From: Felis catus
Lineage: Eukaryota
Length of the DNA stretch: 64,000 nucleotides
Direction of reading: 5' to 3'
NCBI RefSeq assembly: GCF_018350175.1
Contig: NC_058368.1
Coordinates: 180,422,001 to 180,486,000 of the forward strand
Shown here: positions 24,685 through 37,902 of the stretch, piece after piece
Layout of the letters: each line of letters begins with the position of its first letter
How positions within the stretch are numbered: position 1 is the stretch's first letter
Made by a program: the position numbers and the translations under genes
The notes under the pieces: generated by a model
What the model was told of the DNA's origin: nothing
Database searches by the model: none
Seen by the model: the letters and a program-made list of their open reading frames with translations, nothing else

Positions 24685-26949
24685 ACACTGCAGTCATATC
24701 CCGGGAGCTCAGGGCCTGTTCTGTCATTTGGCAAGCTGTGTGCTCTGCACCCATCACTTCATCTCTCCGTGCAGTACCCCACACCTGCCAAATGGGGCTG
24801 ACAGTTAGCACCCACCTCACAGGGTAAAGAGGCCCAGGCATGCCAGGTGTTTGCACAGTGCTTAGGCAGAATAGGTGCTTGATACTCTACACTCAGTACT
24901 CTTTGCCATGGTAGGTATTCCAAATAACTAAATCACTATTGCATGAACGACACTCCTCTGGCCCTTCAGACCAGGTTAGATCCCAGCTTCACCTCAAATG
25001 ACTTACAGTCTTTCCTTGTGGACAGTGACCTCCCTCAAGGACAAGCATCAGAATTGTGTAGATCACTGCAGTTTCCCCAGTGGTCAGGGCACAGAATAAT
25101 GCCCGGTGCTTATGGTGATAATGAATATATAGGGATTTGGCTTTTGGGCTGACTTTGCCTAAAAATGACTTTATAAAAAAAATCACTATCAGATTTCACC
25201 CAGGGTAGTTAATAAACGAAATAGATCCACACATGGCTTCCTCTTCCCCTTTTTTAGACCCCTCCCCTGACACTACAATTCAGGATGTATGTGAGAAAAC
25301 GAGGCCTGTGTCCAGATTGGGCCATGAACTGTCAGAATGGCAAAAACAGGGTTTTAGTTCCATCTTGGTGGGAGAACCACAAACAGGTCCCAACAGAATG
25401 AGCAAAAATTTTGTAAGACTGCTTCCTCAACACGAGTATCTCGACAAAAGGTGCAAGGAGATCCTAGAGCAGCCACTGGGATCTGTGGCACAGATTTCCA
25501 AATTCCCTCTCCAGGCAAGGCAAGGTGAGGTGAGCACTGTGGAAGGAAGATTGGAATCTGAGAGTGAACCGCTCCAACATGGTGGACGAGAGAATCGGTC
25601 CCCTTGGAACTGCCTCACTCTGGGAGAGTCTGCCCTAGAGCACAGCTGGACCAAACCAGTTAGTTAAAGCAAGAATTCACAGTATCCTAGGCCCCAGGAA
25701 ACAGCACACACCCCAGTGCTCCAAAGTCATGGCAGATGACCTGGAGAGACCCTGGCCATGGTCTCTGAGAAGGACTGTTGTCACTCAGGGGCCAGTCTAG
25801 TGGGTTAGGGGTTCTTGCCAATGCCTGGGGGTGATTTCTGAGGACCCCATCAGGAAAGGAAGAAGAAACCTAGAGTAACAAGCCCAGTGTCCCAGATTCA
25901 GAATGATTTTCTTAGGATTAGGAAACAATGCCTATCTAAGACAGGGGCTGTAGGTGTATTTCCTGTTCTGCTCAACTCCCCCTGTTCTTTATGGCCCCTG
26001 AGACTCCCAGCAGACCCTCAGAGCATTTGTCCAGTGCCCCCATGTCAGACAGAAAGCATCTGGGGGACTGACGGTGACACAGCTCCTGACTTAACCACAT
26101 GGCTCCACAAATCATTTTATAGGTACCAAAACATCCACCATCCCGTTAAAAAATAAGGCATGTCTGGCAATCATTTCTAAACCACCACCAATTTATGGAA
26201 CTATCTCACTCAAAGAGCATTCCAAACTTGGGCCCTGGGAGGTCCTCAGCTTTTACTTTTTAACTAATTCTAACTAGTCACACAGGTTTCTCAACAATGG
26301 CTCAGCTGAATTCCTTTGCTTACAGCAAAACAGTGTATTCTGCATGCATTTATTCCCTCAACAAGCATTCAGGCATGCCTGGTAAGTGCAATGTGTGTGC
26401 TATCTCTTTAAAGTGTTTTTGCATCTCCAAAATACAGATTCCTAGCATAACTCCAGATCTGCTGACATGGGTCTATAAACCTGCCCTTCCCACACCCTTC
26501 TGCTCTTTGCTTCTTATATCAGACACAAGGCACCTAATTAATTCCAGGGAGGCCTAAGCTCCATGCAGCTGGAGAGCCAGTGCTGTAGCATCCCAGGCCA
26601 CGGCTCTTGAAGGTGCCTGCCTCCCTTGGCCATCTGTTTCCGTTGAGATGGGATCAGTCATTTCTCCCTGACAAGGCAGTGTAGGGCAGAGCTCCTCACA
26701 CCACACAAAGTCCTTGACTGCTGGCAATACTCTTATTCCCAGCCTTGATGTGGTTCTAAGAGGCCTCTGTCCTATTGCAGCCTCGTTAATTTTAGACCTT
26801 GGATTTGGATGTAGAGTGTCACTGCCATTGTGAACTGCAGCTCCACAGAAAAACTGGGCCACAGAGGAATAAAAAAATTCTGGTAAAAACTACAGACAAT
26901 ACTTGGTAGTAATAATAATAATAATTTTAGTATATGTGCTACCAAAGCA

Positions 26950-27430
26950 AACACAATAATTAATATTTGCTGAGGCTATACTGAGTTCCAGGAACTAAAG
27001 TAAGCTCTTACTGCAGCTATCTTGTTTAATCCTCGTAAAAACCCTGTGAAGTAGCAATGAACATTTTCCCCCTTTTTTTTTTAAATTTTTTTTTTCAACG
27101 TTTATTTATTTTTGCGACAGAGAGAGACAGAGCATGAATGGGGGAGGGGCAGAGAGAGAGGGAGACACAGAATCGGAAACAGGCTCCAGGCTCTGAGCCA
27201 TCAGCCCAGAGCCCGACGCGGGGCTCGAACTCACGGACCGTGAGATCGTGACCTGGCTGAAGTCGGACGCTTAACCGACTGCGCCACCCAGGCGCCCCCA
27301 TTTTCCCCTTTTATACAGGTGGGGAAACTTGAGATTCTGTTGTCTCTTGTTAAGAGTCACACAGATGGTACAAGTAGATGCTGGGATCGAAACCCAAGTG
27401 TCCTGACTCCAGAGCCCACACGCTTAGTCA
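26950..27430 (-). mobile_element. MIR, interrupted by a young SINE
   Basis: tttaatcctcgtaaaaccctgtgaagtag ... tttatacaggtggggaaacttgag...aaacccaagtgtcctgactccagagccc. Confidence 0.8.
27073..27298 (-). mobile_element. Young SINEC_Fc
   Basis: CpG-rich, near consensus (ggggcgcctgggtggcgcagtcggttaagcgtccgacttcagccaggtcacg); TSD cattttcccc(c)tttt. Confidence 0.97.
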
Positions 27431-29169
27431 TGGGAAAGGCAATGACTAGATAATTATTATCTTGATCCCTGTACTTAGAAGATCAATTAGGGAAGCAACA
27501 ATCCTCACGATCTAAAAACTTCACCTATGAACCAAGGACTTAGAAAATCAGCACTACTCAAATATTATTCCCCATCTAATATCAGTGTCTAGCCCGTTAA
27601 CATTTCAGGTCAGCATCCTCTTGGGTTTGGTTGGATGTCTCAGCAATCGACAAAGCAGTGCAAGTACAATGCACATCAATGGAAAGGGAAATAGCTAATA
27701 TTCTAAGTGATGTGGGATTTCATGAAGTTGGTGAAAGCAAAGCCAAAGAAGTAGTCACACTGGGTCCAAAAAGTGGCAGAGCTCCTCAGTTAACAACTGA
27801 GAAGACCCGCCGGGGTGAAGAGACAAAAGAGGCCCTTTTAAATAAGGAAATAAATGAGGCCCTTGGGAGCTGCTGAAGCTCTCTCTCGTATTTTGCAAAA
27901 ATGACCTTCCTTATGAGTCTGCTGGGAAGGTCACGTGAGGAGAGAAAGCTCTTTTTGCTATTGTTAATTGTGCCAAAATAATTATGCAAAAGGGAACTCA
28001 CTCTGTTCATACTAAGCATTACGGCACAGTTGCAACTATGACTTAAATTTTGTTGACTAGAACATAAAATACACTTATTGTCATAACTTTCAGTTTTGTT
28101 TCTCAAAAGCAAAGTCCTAATAAAATCCGCCCCCGCCCAGTATTTACTGTGAATGTTTGACCTCTATTTTAAGTGATTTCTTTTCTAAATGAAACTTCCC
28201 CTTGGAATAGGAACCCCCCTCCCCCCGCACTGCTCTGTCAAGCTGTCCCTGCTTCCTGCGGTGGGAGACACATGCGGAGGGTTGAGCAATTATACCAGTG
28301 CCTCAGACATGCAGAGAGACTTTCCTTCATCATAGTACTTTCTCATCTACTGTTTCATCAGATGACTTCAAGAACTCTAGGAGTTAAGGAAACCGTGGAC
28401 TGTTATCCCACAAACGTGTACCCACTTTGTAATTTGCAAAGCTCTTATGCAAAGCTCTTATCACTTCTGTTATCTCATCTTGACCCAAAGGACACTTCTA
28501 CAAGGCAAAAGTAACACTCACATGTTACAGGAGAGGAAACAGATTCAGACGGAAAGAACATGCCCGAGGCGCCATCACTTATTGGTGGAAGAATTAGGCT
28601 TGGAACCCAGGTTTTCACTGCTTATTTTCTTCCATGGGATACCTGACTCTCATGCTTCGAGGAACAAATGAAAATTCTGCAAGCTACTGAATATTTTTTC
28701 AGGCCAATAAAGTCTTTTCAGAAACTATCTGCAAGCCTTAAAACACCCCAACATACCTTCTTTCCTTTCACAGAAATGGTCCCAGGTCTTCAAGTAAAAT
28801 AGTGATAATTAGTACATTTCCACGGCCCTATCCTGACTGTTCTAGGTGGAAAATAAGTATCAGAGGAGCTCTAATTCAAATGCTCAGAGTGTAGAGGCCT
28901 TAAAAGCCTCTGTTTGAGTCTGCTGCTTTAGCTTCCTGTCAGCTACAGTCAGGTGTCGCAGTGCCCTCTATTCCTAACTGAGCCAAGGGAGAAGCACATG
29001 AATGATCAAGAAATGCCATCAGTGGGAGACTGAGTTGGGGTGCTGGGAAAAACCTGAGAGGTCTGAACCCCGAAGGACCAGGAAGAAACACCCCTGGAAG
29101 CAAGAGTTCAACTTCTGAGGTATAAATCACAACATTTTTGCAAACAGCCCTGTGTGCTGTTGCTGACAA

Positions 29170-29410
29170 ACAGCATGGTGTGGTGGAAGCAGGAATGTTC
29201 TAGAATCACTAGAATCATTAGTGTTCTAGAATCACTAGAGCTCTGCGGCCTTGGGCAAACTACTTCCTCTCTTTGAGGCTTTGTTTTCCTCACCTATACG
29301 ATGGGGATCATCAATTAACACCCGTTGTGAAAGTATGTGACAGAATGTGGATACACGGTTAGCACAGTGCCTGTTTCATAGTAAACACTCAAAACATAGG
29401 CTATTAAGAA
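29170..29410 (+). mobile_element. MIR
   Basis: cagcatggtgtggtggaag...ccttgggcaaactacttcctctctttgagg...gttttcctcacctatacgatgggga...agcacagtgcctg. Confidence 0.75.
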
Positions 29411-31619
29411 TAAATTCAAGTGGATGGCACATGATTTGTATTCAATAAATGTTAGGTCCTTCCATCAAAAAACTACTTATGTGTCCCCTAGTGAGGGGGC
29501 TTCATGACCTTCAAAGCTATGACTACAGCTTTGTGCAAATGGGAGAGAGAACTAAAGTCAGGCAAGTTCTGTACTGGGAGTCCCCCAGCAATGGGAAGTG
29601 CATGCAGGGGCCTTAGGGGGACTCTCAGGGCTGGGCCGGTGGTTATGGAACAAGAACTCCAACCTCTGGGAGCCCAGTTGTTCCTTGGATGGCATAAACA
29701 GGAATGAGTTGCTTAACCTTGGAACTGAAAATGCCCTTTGTTCCCTGCCTGATGCCCACACACAGGTACTTGGCAATGCACACTTGGATAAGCCCACTGG
29801 CTCAGGGTGGGAATGCTTAGGAGCCCCACAACAGCGACCTCAATGCAGGTACAACGTGATCTGTCTCTGTGCTTTCAAACCCTCGTTCTCTGCTGAGGAA
29901 TCTCCAATGGCTCCCCGTCACTTTCAGGCTTCCTTAGCTGGGTCAAGAATCTTCCTCATCTACCCTCTGGGAGTTCTCTGCCTTTCCACAAACTGCCTCC
30001 TCCATGCAGTATGGTCTAGTCACCGGGTCCCTTCCTACCTAGATGTCTCAGCATGTGAGGTGTTCCATGACCCCTTGCAGCACCCTCAAACACATGAGCT
30101 TCGGCCTTTATAAGTCCTATAAAATCTCAGGGCCTCCACAAGGTCTCTAGGGATCTCCCTCTGCATGAACCCCAGCAGCATGAATCCAACCCTTTATCTA
30201 ATTTCACCGCTTAAAACTTGTGTGCACACATCACAGGCTGAACTGTAAGCTCCTGGGAGGCGGGGGCTGTGCCACATGTGCGATTCGCCCACAGCATCTT
30301 AAGACTGTGACCTGGACCCAGCCAAGTGCCTGCCAAATAAATACCTGCCCAGCCTCATTTGTGCTGACTCTACTCTTCCATGGTTCCTTCCTGGTTCAGC
30401 TCCGGTGACCCCCAGAACGTACAATCCTTATCTGTATGTTTTTCCCTCTCCCTTCCTCTGCTCCACACAATTCAGATAAAACCAGATCCGCTGGACTCCA
30501 GTTGTGTCTAACCCTCCCCACCTCTGAAGTCTCTTAGTGGGCTCCACCATCCCTCACCACCCTCTGCACTGAAACTACCCACCACGGAGAGGCCAGTTCC
30601 AGCAGCTAATGAAGCTCTTGGAACCAGCACCCACAGAGACAGAACAGAGTCTGAGACAGGCTGCATGCTCCACTCTGGACCCTGCAGCCTGCCGGCACTG
30701 GGCAGGGAGCAGAGTGGTTCTAAATGTGTGGGACAATCATAATTTGCTAACACCCCCCACTGTCAGCCCACCTGGGGAAATGGGGGCAGGTTCAAATGCT
30801 GCCAGCAAGAGATGACAAAGGCTTTCTTTTGCTGACTGTAGGTGAATCACTGGGTCCTCTGCATGGCTTACTTAAGAGGGGGTCAGGGGAGGATTTGGCT
30901 GGCCAAGCCCTTGGCAGGGGTATATCTATTGATTGGCACCTTACTTTTCCTCAAATCCATTTTTCATCAGCAAATGACACCTGTACCCCTTTGAAGAGGA
31001 ATGGATATTCTCCCCCATTTGAAAGGCCTGTTACCCGGAAGGAAAAAGATAAAAAGATAAAAACCACCATCCCAGGTTTAGATCTGAAGTGTACCAGCCT
31101 TTTGATGTGTACGATGAGAGGTGGGGATTGAAATCTAGGTCCCGCTCTGCCCCTGCCCTGAGACATTAGTATCATCCAACAGCAAGACTTGTTCATGCCT
31201 GGTGCTTGGGCTGGGGAGGTTTCCCTTGGTCAGTATTGAGCTGAGGACCCATTATATATGGCCCCCTCTGTGCCTGCTAAATGCCAAGTAAATGTTTGGC
31301 CTCTGAAGAATGCACACTCTACTGGCCCCACCCTGGAGGGCTTGCACCCTCCTTCTCTACCTGGTTAGCATGTCTGCACCCTGCATACCTAGTCTGAGCA
31401 CCTCTGATTAGGGCAAGTCCCAGGACCCACCAACCCACCTGCCAGAACCTTGTAACTCTCTACTGTTACAGCTGTCACACTGGCTGTTAGGATTCCTGAG
31501 TCTTTGATTATTGCACTGGCGTCTCCCAGTAAGCTTCACAAGGGCAGGGATGTGTCTGCTTTGCCCTATTGGTCTCTCTGGCTCCATGCACAGTAGCTGC
31601 TGCACAGAAAGCTCTCAGG

Positions 31620-32335
31620 AGGGCATAGACTCTGGAGTCAGACTGCCTGAGTTCTAATTATGGCTCCATCACACATTAGCTGTGTGATATAGGCAAGTAA
31701 CTTAACCACTCTGTGCCTCACTTTCCTTGTAAAATAAGGATAAGAATAGTAACTACCGATATCCAAGAGCAATATGAACTTAGGTACACAGAAAAGCTTT
31801 GTAAATGAATTTCCATAACAGTATTATTCATGATAGCCCAAAGTGGAAATAACCCAAGTGTCACCAATGGGTAAACCAAATGTGGTATATTCACAATGGA
31901 AGATTATTTGGCAATAAAAAGGAATGAGTACTAATACAGGCTACAACATGGATGAACCTTGAAAATATCGTGGTGAGTGAAATAAGTCAGACACAAAATG
32001 CCACATACTGAATGGCTCCATTTATATGAAATGCCCAGACTAAGTAAAGCTATAGCGACAAAAAGTAGATTAGTGGTTATCTAGGGCTGGGAGTAGGGGT
32101 AGGAGGAGATTGAGGGAATAATGGCTAAGGGGTACAGGGTTCCTTTCTGGGGTGCTAAAATGTTCTAAAAGTGATTCTGGTGATGGTTGCAAAACTCTGA
32201 ATATACTAAAAGCTACATAGTTATGTTTTAAATGGGTTCCTTATAGGACATGTGAATTATATCTCAACAAAGCTGTGTAAAAAATTATAGTATCTATCTT
32301 ACAGTGTTGTTAGAAAGATTACATTAAATGTATTG
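31620..32335 (+). mobile_element. MIR split by an L1M insertion
   Basis: gactctggagtcagactgcctgagttc...tgtgcctcactttcc...aatagtaactacc; resumes at ~32286 with tatagtatctatcttacagtgttgttag. Confidence 0.8.
31762..32285 (+). mobile_element. L1MB-like 3' end
   Basis: cagtattattcatgatagcccaaagtggaaataacccaagtgtc...acatggatgaaccttgaaaa...gaattatatctcaacaaagct. Confidence 0.9.
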
Positions 32336-32342
32336 TTTGTGT

Positions 32343-32545
32343 GGGGCACCTGCGTGGCTCAGTCGGTCAAGCATCTGACTTCGACTCAGGTCATGATCTC
32401 GAGGTTCATGAATTCGAGCTTCACACTGGGCTCTCCTCTGCCGGTACAGAGCCTGCTTTGGATCCTCTGTCTCCCTCTCTCACTGCCCCTCTCCCACACA
32501 TGTGTGCACACTCTCTCAGTCTCAAAAATAAGAAAATTTTAAAAA
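32343..32545 (+). mobile_element. Can-SINE
   Basis: ggggcacctgcgtggctcagtcggtcaagc head; caaaaataag tail. Confidence 0.92.
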
Positions 32546-33199
32546 TGTTTTACTTGTGAAATTGTTTATCTAAGCTAGCTACACAATAATTAGTATTAAT
32601 TAAACCTTGATTATGCACTGGGAGCTCTGCTAAGCACTTTACAAAGAGAACCTTACTTCAACCACATAGCCCCGTGAGGTAAGCACTCACCCACTTTATA
32701 GATGAGGAAGCTGAGGCACACAGACAATAAGTTACTCACCTACAGTGACATGACGGGTAAGTGGCAAAGGCGGGCAAAACCCACAAACTGAACTGTCACA
32801 CGCAGAAAGAACAATATTCTCCAAACCCAGGGACCCCTGGACTTGAAGTGAGACCCACTTGGCAAAAATAGACAAACAATATTCTCCTTCACATCAGATG
32901 GGAGTGCCCTTGACAGGCCCCCATGACCTGTCAACTGGCATTCCCTCCCCCTTGGCAACTGAGGGGCGGCTCCCTCCCTCCCCAAGTCCCAGGTCCTTCA
33001 CCCCAACCCCTCTGCTCTTTAAGAGCCCAGCTGGTGCAGCTCTGCCTCCCCCCTCTCAAAGCTCCTCCCTTCGCATACCTCCATGTGTTCTCACACATGC
33101 AAACGGTCATGGGCCAGGACTGGTTTCTTTAGCACCTCTCAACGTTTTTAACCCAGGAAAAGTCCCTTCCAATTCACAGTTTTTAAATATTTTTTGAAA

Positions 33200-33707
33200 A
33201 TAAAAGAGACCCTGTCATGTCCCTGTTAAAGATTTTCCAGTGGTTTCTCACTGTGTTTAGAACAAAGCTTGCACTTTTGCCCAGGCCTAAAGGCCCCGCC
33301 AGTCTGACTCTCCAGCCTCCTCCAGCTCTGATCATTTTTTTCCAAGGCTCACTCTACTCCAGCCACCTAGCACATTCTGACCCATGCCAGGAATGCCCTT
33401 CTCCTCTCTCCGCATGGCTAGCTTCTGGGCTTTCAGAGCCCGGTTTAACTGTCACCTTCCCAGACAGGTTTTATCTGAGTCATCTTAATTAGGTCCCCCT
33501 CGGGCATTCTCCATCAACGACACCATTTTATTTCCTTCATGGAACTCAAGACAAATGACAATTTCATGTTTGTGTCTTTATTTAGTCCTGTAATATCTGT
33601 CCCCAGTACCCACTGTAATGCAAACTGGGCTACAAGATCCACAAAAGCAGGGGGCCAGGTCTGTCTTGTTCATCACCAGGCCTGTATGGTGGGTGCTTAA
33701 CAGATTT
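33200..33707 (+). mobile_element. L2 3' fragment
   Basis: ttccagtggtttctcactg...ctactccagccac...caggaatgccctt...ggggccaggtctgtcttgttcatc; tail resumes after MER20 with tatttgttgaa. Confidence 0.7.
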
Positions 33708-33955
33708 TAGGGCTTCTCCACCTTGGCCTTCACCATGAGCCCTTGATGACTTTTTGGGCCAGATGATCCTTGGTTGTAGGGGAGCTGTCCTAAGCACTGT
33801 GGAATGTTTATCCACATCTCTGGTCTCTAACCATTAGATGTACCCCCCCTCCCAGTTATGACAACAAAAATGTCTCCAGATATTGTCAAATGTTCCCAGG
33901 GGTAGAGGCGGATGGGGGAGGAGGTGTCAAAATCTTTCCCAGTTAAGAACCACTG
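33708..33955 (-). mobile_element. MER20 (hAT-Charlie)
   Basis: ccagttatgacaacaaaaatgtctccagatattgtcaaatgttccc...gttaagaaccactg matches the reverse complement of MER20. Confidence 0.9.
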
Positions 33956-34000
33956 GTATATTTGTTGAAAGATACAATAAGTCAAAAGCAAGGAAAAGAG

Positions 34001-34263
34001 GGGTGCTTGGGTGACTCAGTTGAGTGTTGGACTTTGGTAAGGAAAAGAGGGGCACCTGGGTGGCTCAGTTGGTTGAGTGTTGGACTTTGGTTCAGGTTGT
34101 GATCTCACAGTTTGTGGGTTTGGGCCCCGTGTCGAGCTCTGCACTGGCAGTGCAGAGCCTGCTTGAAATTCTTGCTCTCTCCTCTCTCTCTGCTCTTCTC
34201 CCAGCTTATGTTTTCTCTCTCCCTCTCAAAATAAATAAATAAACTTAAAAAAAAAAAGAAATA
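34001..34263 (+). mobile_element. Can-SINE with tandemly duplicated 5' junction
   Basis: Main body from ~34049; TSD aaaagcaaggaaaagag (33984-34000) / aaaagtaaggaaaagag (34264-34280). Confidence 0.92.
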
Positions 34264-35229
34264 AAAAGTAAGGAAAAGAGAATTCATCCATAAGAGCCAT
34301 ATAGTTTGAGAGTGGGGTATCTGAACGCCAGGCAGGGCTGTTCGCCACCTCGTAGAAGAATGGTCGGGGAGAGGACAGTTGCAAAGTCCAGGTGTCCACA
34401 GAACCCAGACAATTTTTCACCATCAGTTGGTGTAGGTGATTGGGTGGCTGGTAAGGGGAGTAAAGGATGATGCTCATTTTTCTTGGGTTGTCACCCTCAT
34501 CTTTATATAACCCAAGACTTCCCAGCTCAGTGCTAATTTCTAACTATGGTCATTGTACCTTAGAAATAACACATGCTTTGCAATCAAGATTGTTAACAAT
34601 GGCTGATATTTGTTGAGCACATACACCACCGAGTTTAATAGCAGAGCCTGGGCATCACTGCCTCAACACACCAAAGAAACTATAACAGGTTAGGCAGATA
34701 GAGTAGGTTAGGTAGCTTACCCGTGGGCACAAGCTGTGAGGTGAAGGTGCAGGGATTTGAACCCACTCAGTGTAACTCTTTGCAATAACTACTAATTTAT
34801 ATGGATTTCCTAGCAAGTCAGAACACCAACCGCACAATGAACTTTATCTCTATTCCCTAGAGATAAGCCAGCCTCTAAACACACAGGAGGGTGTTCTCGT
34901 ACACACGCTGAATCCCTTTGGCTGGGGATCACAAAGAGGTGTTAAACCACAAGGTATTGCTTTTGAAAATGAGAATGTGCCCTGGTTCTTCTGCTAAATC
35001 CCAAATTACAGAAGCAGAGATGGCAGACCACACTGGAAAGGCCTTTGAAAGGTTCTCAAACTGGGTTCTATTCAAGAGTACGTGGGATATAGCAGACCCC
35101 CATATCCAGGCAGGCCGGTGACATTGAGAAGCAAAGGGAGAGCTTCACATGTCATTTTTTACACAATGGCTCCACTGATAAAAAAAAATTTAAAAGAAAT
35201 ATTGAAAACTCCTGAATAGAGTCCACTGT

Positions 35230-35770
35230 CCAAATTTTACAGATGAGAAAACGGAGGACCAGAGAGGAAAAGTGACTTGCCTTAAGCCACACAGACTCCC
35301 CGGTTTGCTGAAGGGGGAAGGAAAGGAAGGACTCTGCAGGTGGATGAAGGTGGGTTTGAATCCCAGTTCTGCCATTTAACTAAGTTCTCTAAGATTCAGT
35401 TTAGTATTTTGAGAAATTAAAGTGATCATATATCCCTTAACAAGTTTTGTGAACAATTAAATAAGGTAATAAAGTGGTAGGAAGACTAGGTGTTTTCAGG
35501 TGCTGGCTGTCAGAGCAACTTGGAGATCGCACAGGGGTCAGAACAGAGGCTAGGAACCTACTAGATGGATCTATGTTCAAATCCTGGCACTTCCCCCGCC
35601 AGCTGTGTTACTGTGGGCAGCTCATTCCAACTCCTGAGCCCTGATTCCTCATCTGCTTAAGTGGTGTGTGCCCTTGCTTATAGGTGTGTTGGGAAGCCCA
35701 GATCATACGAGGCATGCGAAGTGCTTACCATGTTGTCTGGGACATAACAGACACTAAATAAGCACCTGCT
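35230..35770. mobile_element. Cluster of MIR fragments
   Basis: attttacagatgagaaaacggagg (-); ggtttgaatcccagttctgcca (+); gttcaaatcctggc...cctgattcctcatctg (+). Confidence 0.7.
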
Positions 35771-36277
35771 TCTTTCTCTGACTTCTGTGGCACCTTGGTT
35801 GGGGAATTGCTGCAGACATGTTCCCGTGGGTGCCCAGGGAGCATGCACCAGGAACCTCATTTCCTCCAGGGCATGCGATGCTGAGGAATCTTGGGAGGCA
35901 CACCTGCACCAGCAAGAAGAAGGTCTAGATGATGAGCGGAGCGTGACTTAGAAGCCCCCACCTCACGGCTCCCTCAGAAAAGAATGTATTGCATGACTGC
36001 ACCTTTTATCTTGATTTTTTTGAGAGGGGGTAAAAAATAAAGGCAAGAACTTCAAGGTCAGGTTCACTTCCCTGCAGGCTCCTCCTGGGCTGAAGTGAAA
36101 TTTCAAGAATGCAGCCTCTGGGCCCAGTTTACATTCCCACCCTCTCTGGTATCCAGGATACCAGAGGGACCTGTCGCATTCCATCCCACCAATCAGCCTC
36201 CTCAGTCACATCGTGCTGGGGGCAGGGCCTACCACTGGTTCTTGGGAGAAGCATCACTGCCTTAGCAGGAGGGTCAT

Positions 36278-36880
36278 CCATTCATTCATTTGTGCAACAT
36301 TTATGTTCAGAGCTTACTGGAGCCAGGCACTGGGGATACGGTTTTTATGGAAAACCAGCCCAAGCTCCTGCTCTGGGGGAGTTTGCAGTGCAGTAAAGAA
36401 GACAGCCAGACATAATGTGAGCAGTTCTATGAAGCAGCCGTACACAGTGGCATGAAACTGTATATGGCGGGGGGGGGGGGGGGGGGGGGGTGTCTGACCG
36501 ACTCAGTTATGTTAGAGGAGGCTTCCTTGAATAAATGATGATTAAGCTCAAGGCTGAAGGGTGAGTAGGTGTAAATAGGTGAAGAGAGGGAAATACATTG
36601 GGAGAGAAACTAGCATTTGCAAAGCCTCTGTAATTGCCAGAGTACGGGGGTGGGGGAAGGTTGAGGTGGGGGACAGGATGGGCCTGGAGGGGCAAAATCA
36701 GGGTTAGACTTATGTGAGTATTCTATGGGCCATGTTAGAGCATCAGAGTGTTTCATGCAAGGGGATGGCATTGATCAGACTGCCTAAGAACCTCATAATA
36801 AGATCATCTTGGAGAACAGAGTGGGAGGGCAGGGTATGATGAAAAGAAAGGGCACAAGTTAGGAAATTTTAGTAGCATGT
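36278..36880 (-). mobile_element. L2 fragment
   Basis: cattcattcatttgtgcaacatttatg...gccaggcactggggata...ggaggcttccttgaataaatgatgattaagct. Confidence 0.7.
36469..36490. repeat. Poly-G homopolymer (22 nt)
   Basis: Directly visible. Confidence 0.9.
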
Positions 36881-37690
36881 CCAAGCCCCCCAAATGAGGG
36901 ACTTGGGATGATGGTGGTTTGGGGGGCTATGCAGGTAGAGCCTGAGTTGGCGGTATTCTTTCCAAAAGTCGGTCTCCTTCTGGAAGGCCCTGGCAGTCAC
37001 ACCAGCACTAACTTCAGTGTTTCTCGACGGACATTCCCTCAGAGTAGCATCTCTGGGTTACAGTGGTCACAGAGGTGGCCCCATTAGGAATCTGATAAAA
37101 CTACATCTGGCCTTGCATCAAAATCACTGCAGGGAAGAAATGCCATTTTCCCCACGGTGAGGCTCACAACACCAAGGCCACGTTATCAGACTTAAAGGCT
37201 CTGAAGAGATGGTCGAAGACTATAACGACATACACATTTTCCAGGCACCTCTAGTGCAAAATGGACGCCCCTTACAGTTTTAGAAAGGGGGGGGGGTGTC
37301 TATAGATGCTTGTTTGACATTATATGCAGGAAACATGCTCAAAAACCACTTGAGGAAGGGAGGGGGACAGGGAGACAAGAGGGCAAGAACATAGCTAATT
37401 GGCTAGTTAGTAGTTTCTTGGACAGCCCATGAGCCTCATGGAATTCTTAGTCTCATGCACACGGAGATGCTGGCTGGCCTTCGGCTTAGTTAGATGGATA
37501 AACAAACCTGGCTACCCTGAATCTGGGGGTCTACCCTCTGAGATCAGAAAGTCAGGAGGCCCAAGATAAGGTTGAGACTCTAAAGGTTTCTCCATTCTTT
37601 TTTTTAAAATTAAAAAAAAATAAAAAAATATAATGAAAAACAAAACAAGAAACAACCCACAAACATAAGTGACAAAAACCTTTTCCCTCT

Positions 37691-37902
37691 GGGACACCTC
37701 GGTGGCTCAGTCGGCTGAGCGTCTGACTCTGGCTCAGGTCGTCATCTCTATCTCGCGGTTCCTGAGTTCAGGCCACACACCAGGCTCACTGCTGTCAGCT
37801 TGTCAGCGCAGAGCCTGCTTTGGATCCTCAGTCTCCCTCTCTCGGCCCCTCCCCTGCTTGCACTGTCCCCAAAATAAACAAACATTAAAAAAAAACAAAA
37901 AC
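37691..37902 (+). mobile_element. Can-SINE
   Basis: gggacacctcggtggctcagtcggctgagcg head; TSD aaaac(c)ttttccctc on both sides. Confidence 0.9.

Noticed and set aside
29196..29239. Short direct repeats (tgttctagaatcactaga x2; also agcctcctctacct x2 at 12449-12478)
   Set aside because: Ordinary local slippage duplications in or beside old repeats.
29598..30113. Longest ORF (171 aa, +), and other 140-155 aa ORFs (22686, 24215, 25233, 43294, 49858, 55990, 62644)
   Set aside because: No recognisable domain, mostly non-ATG starts or overlap with repeats; lengths compatible with chance in 64 kb.
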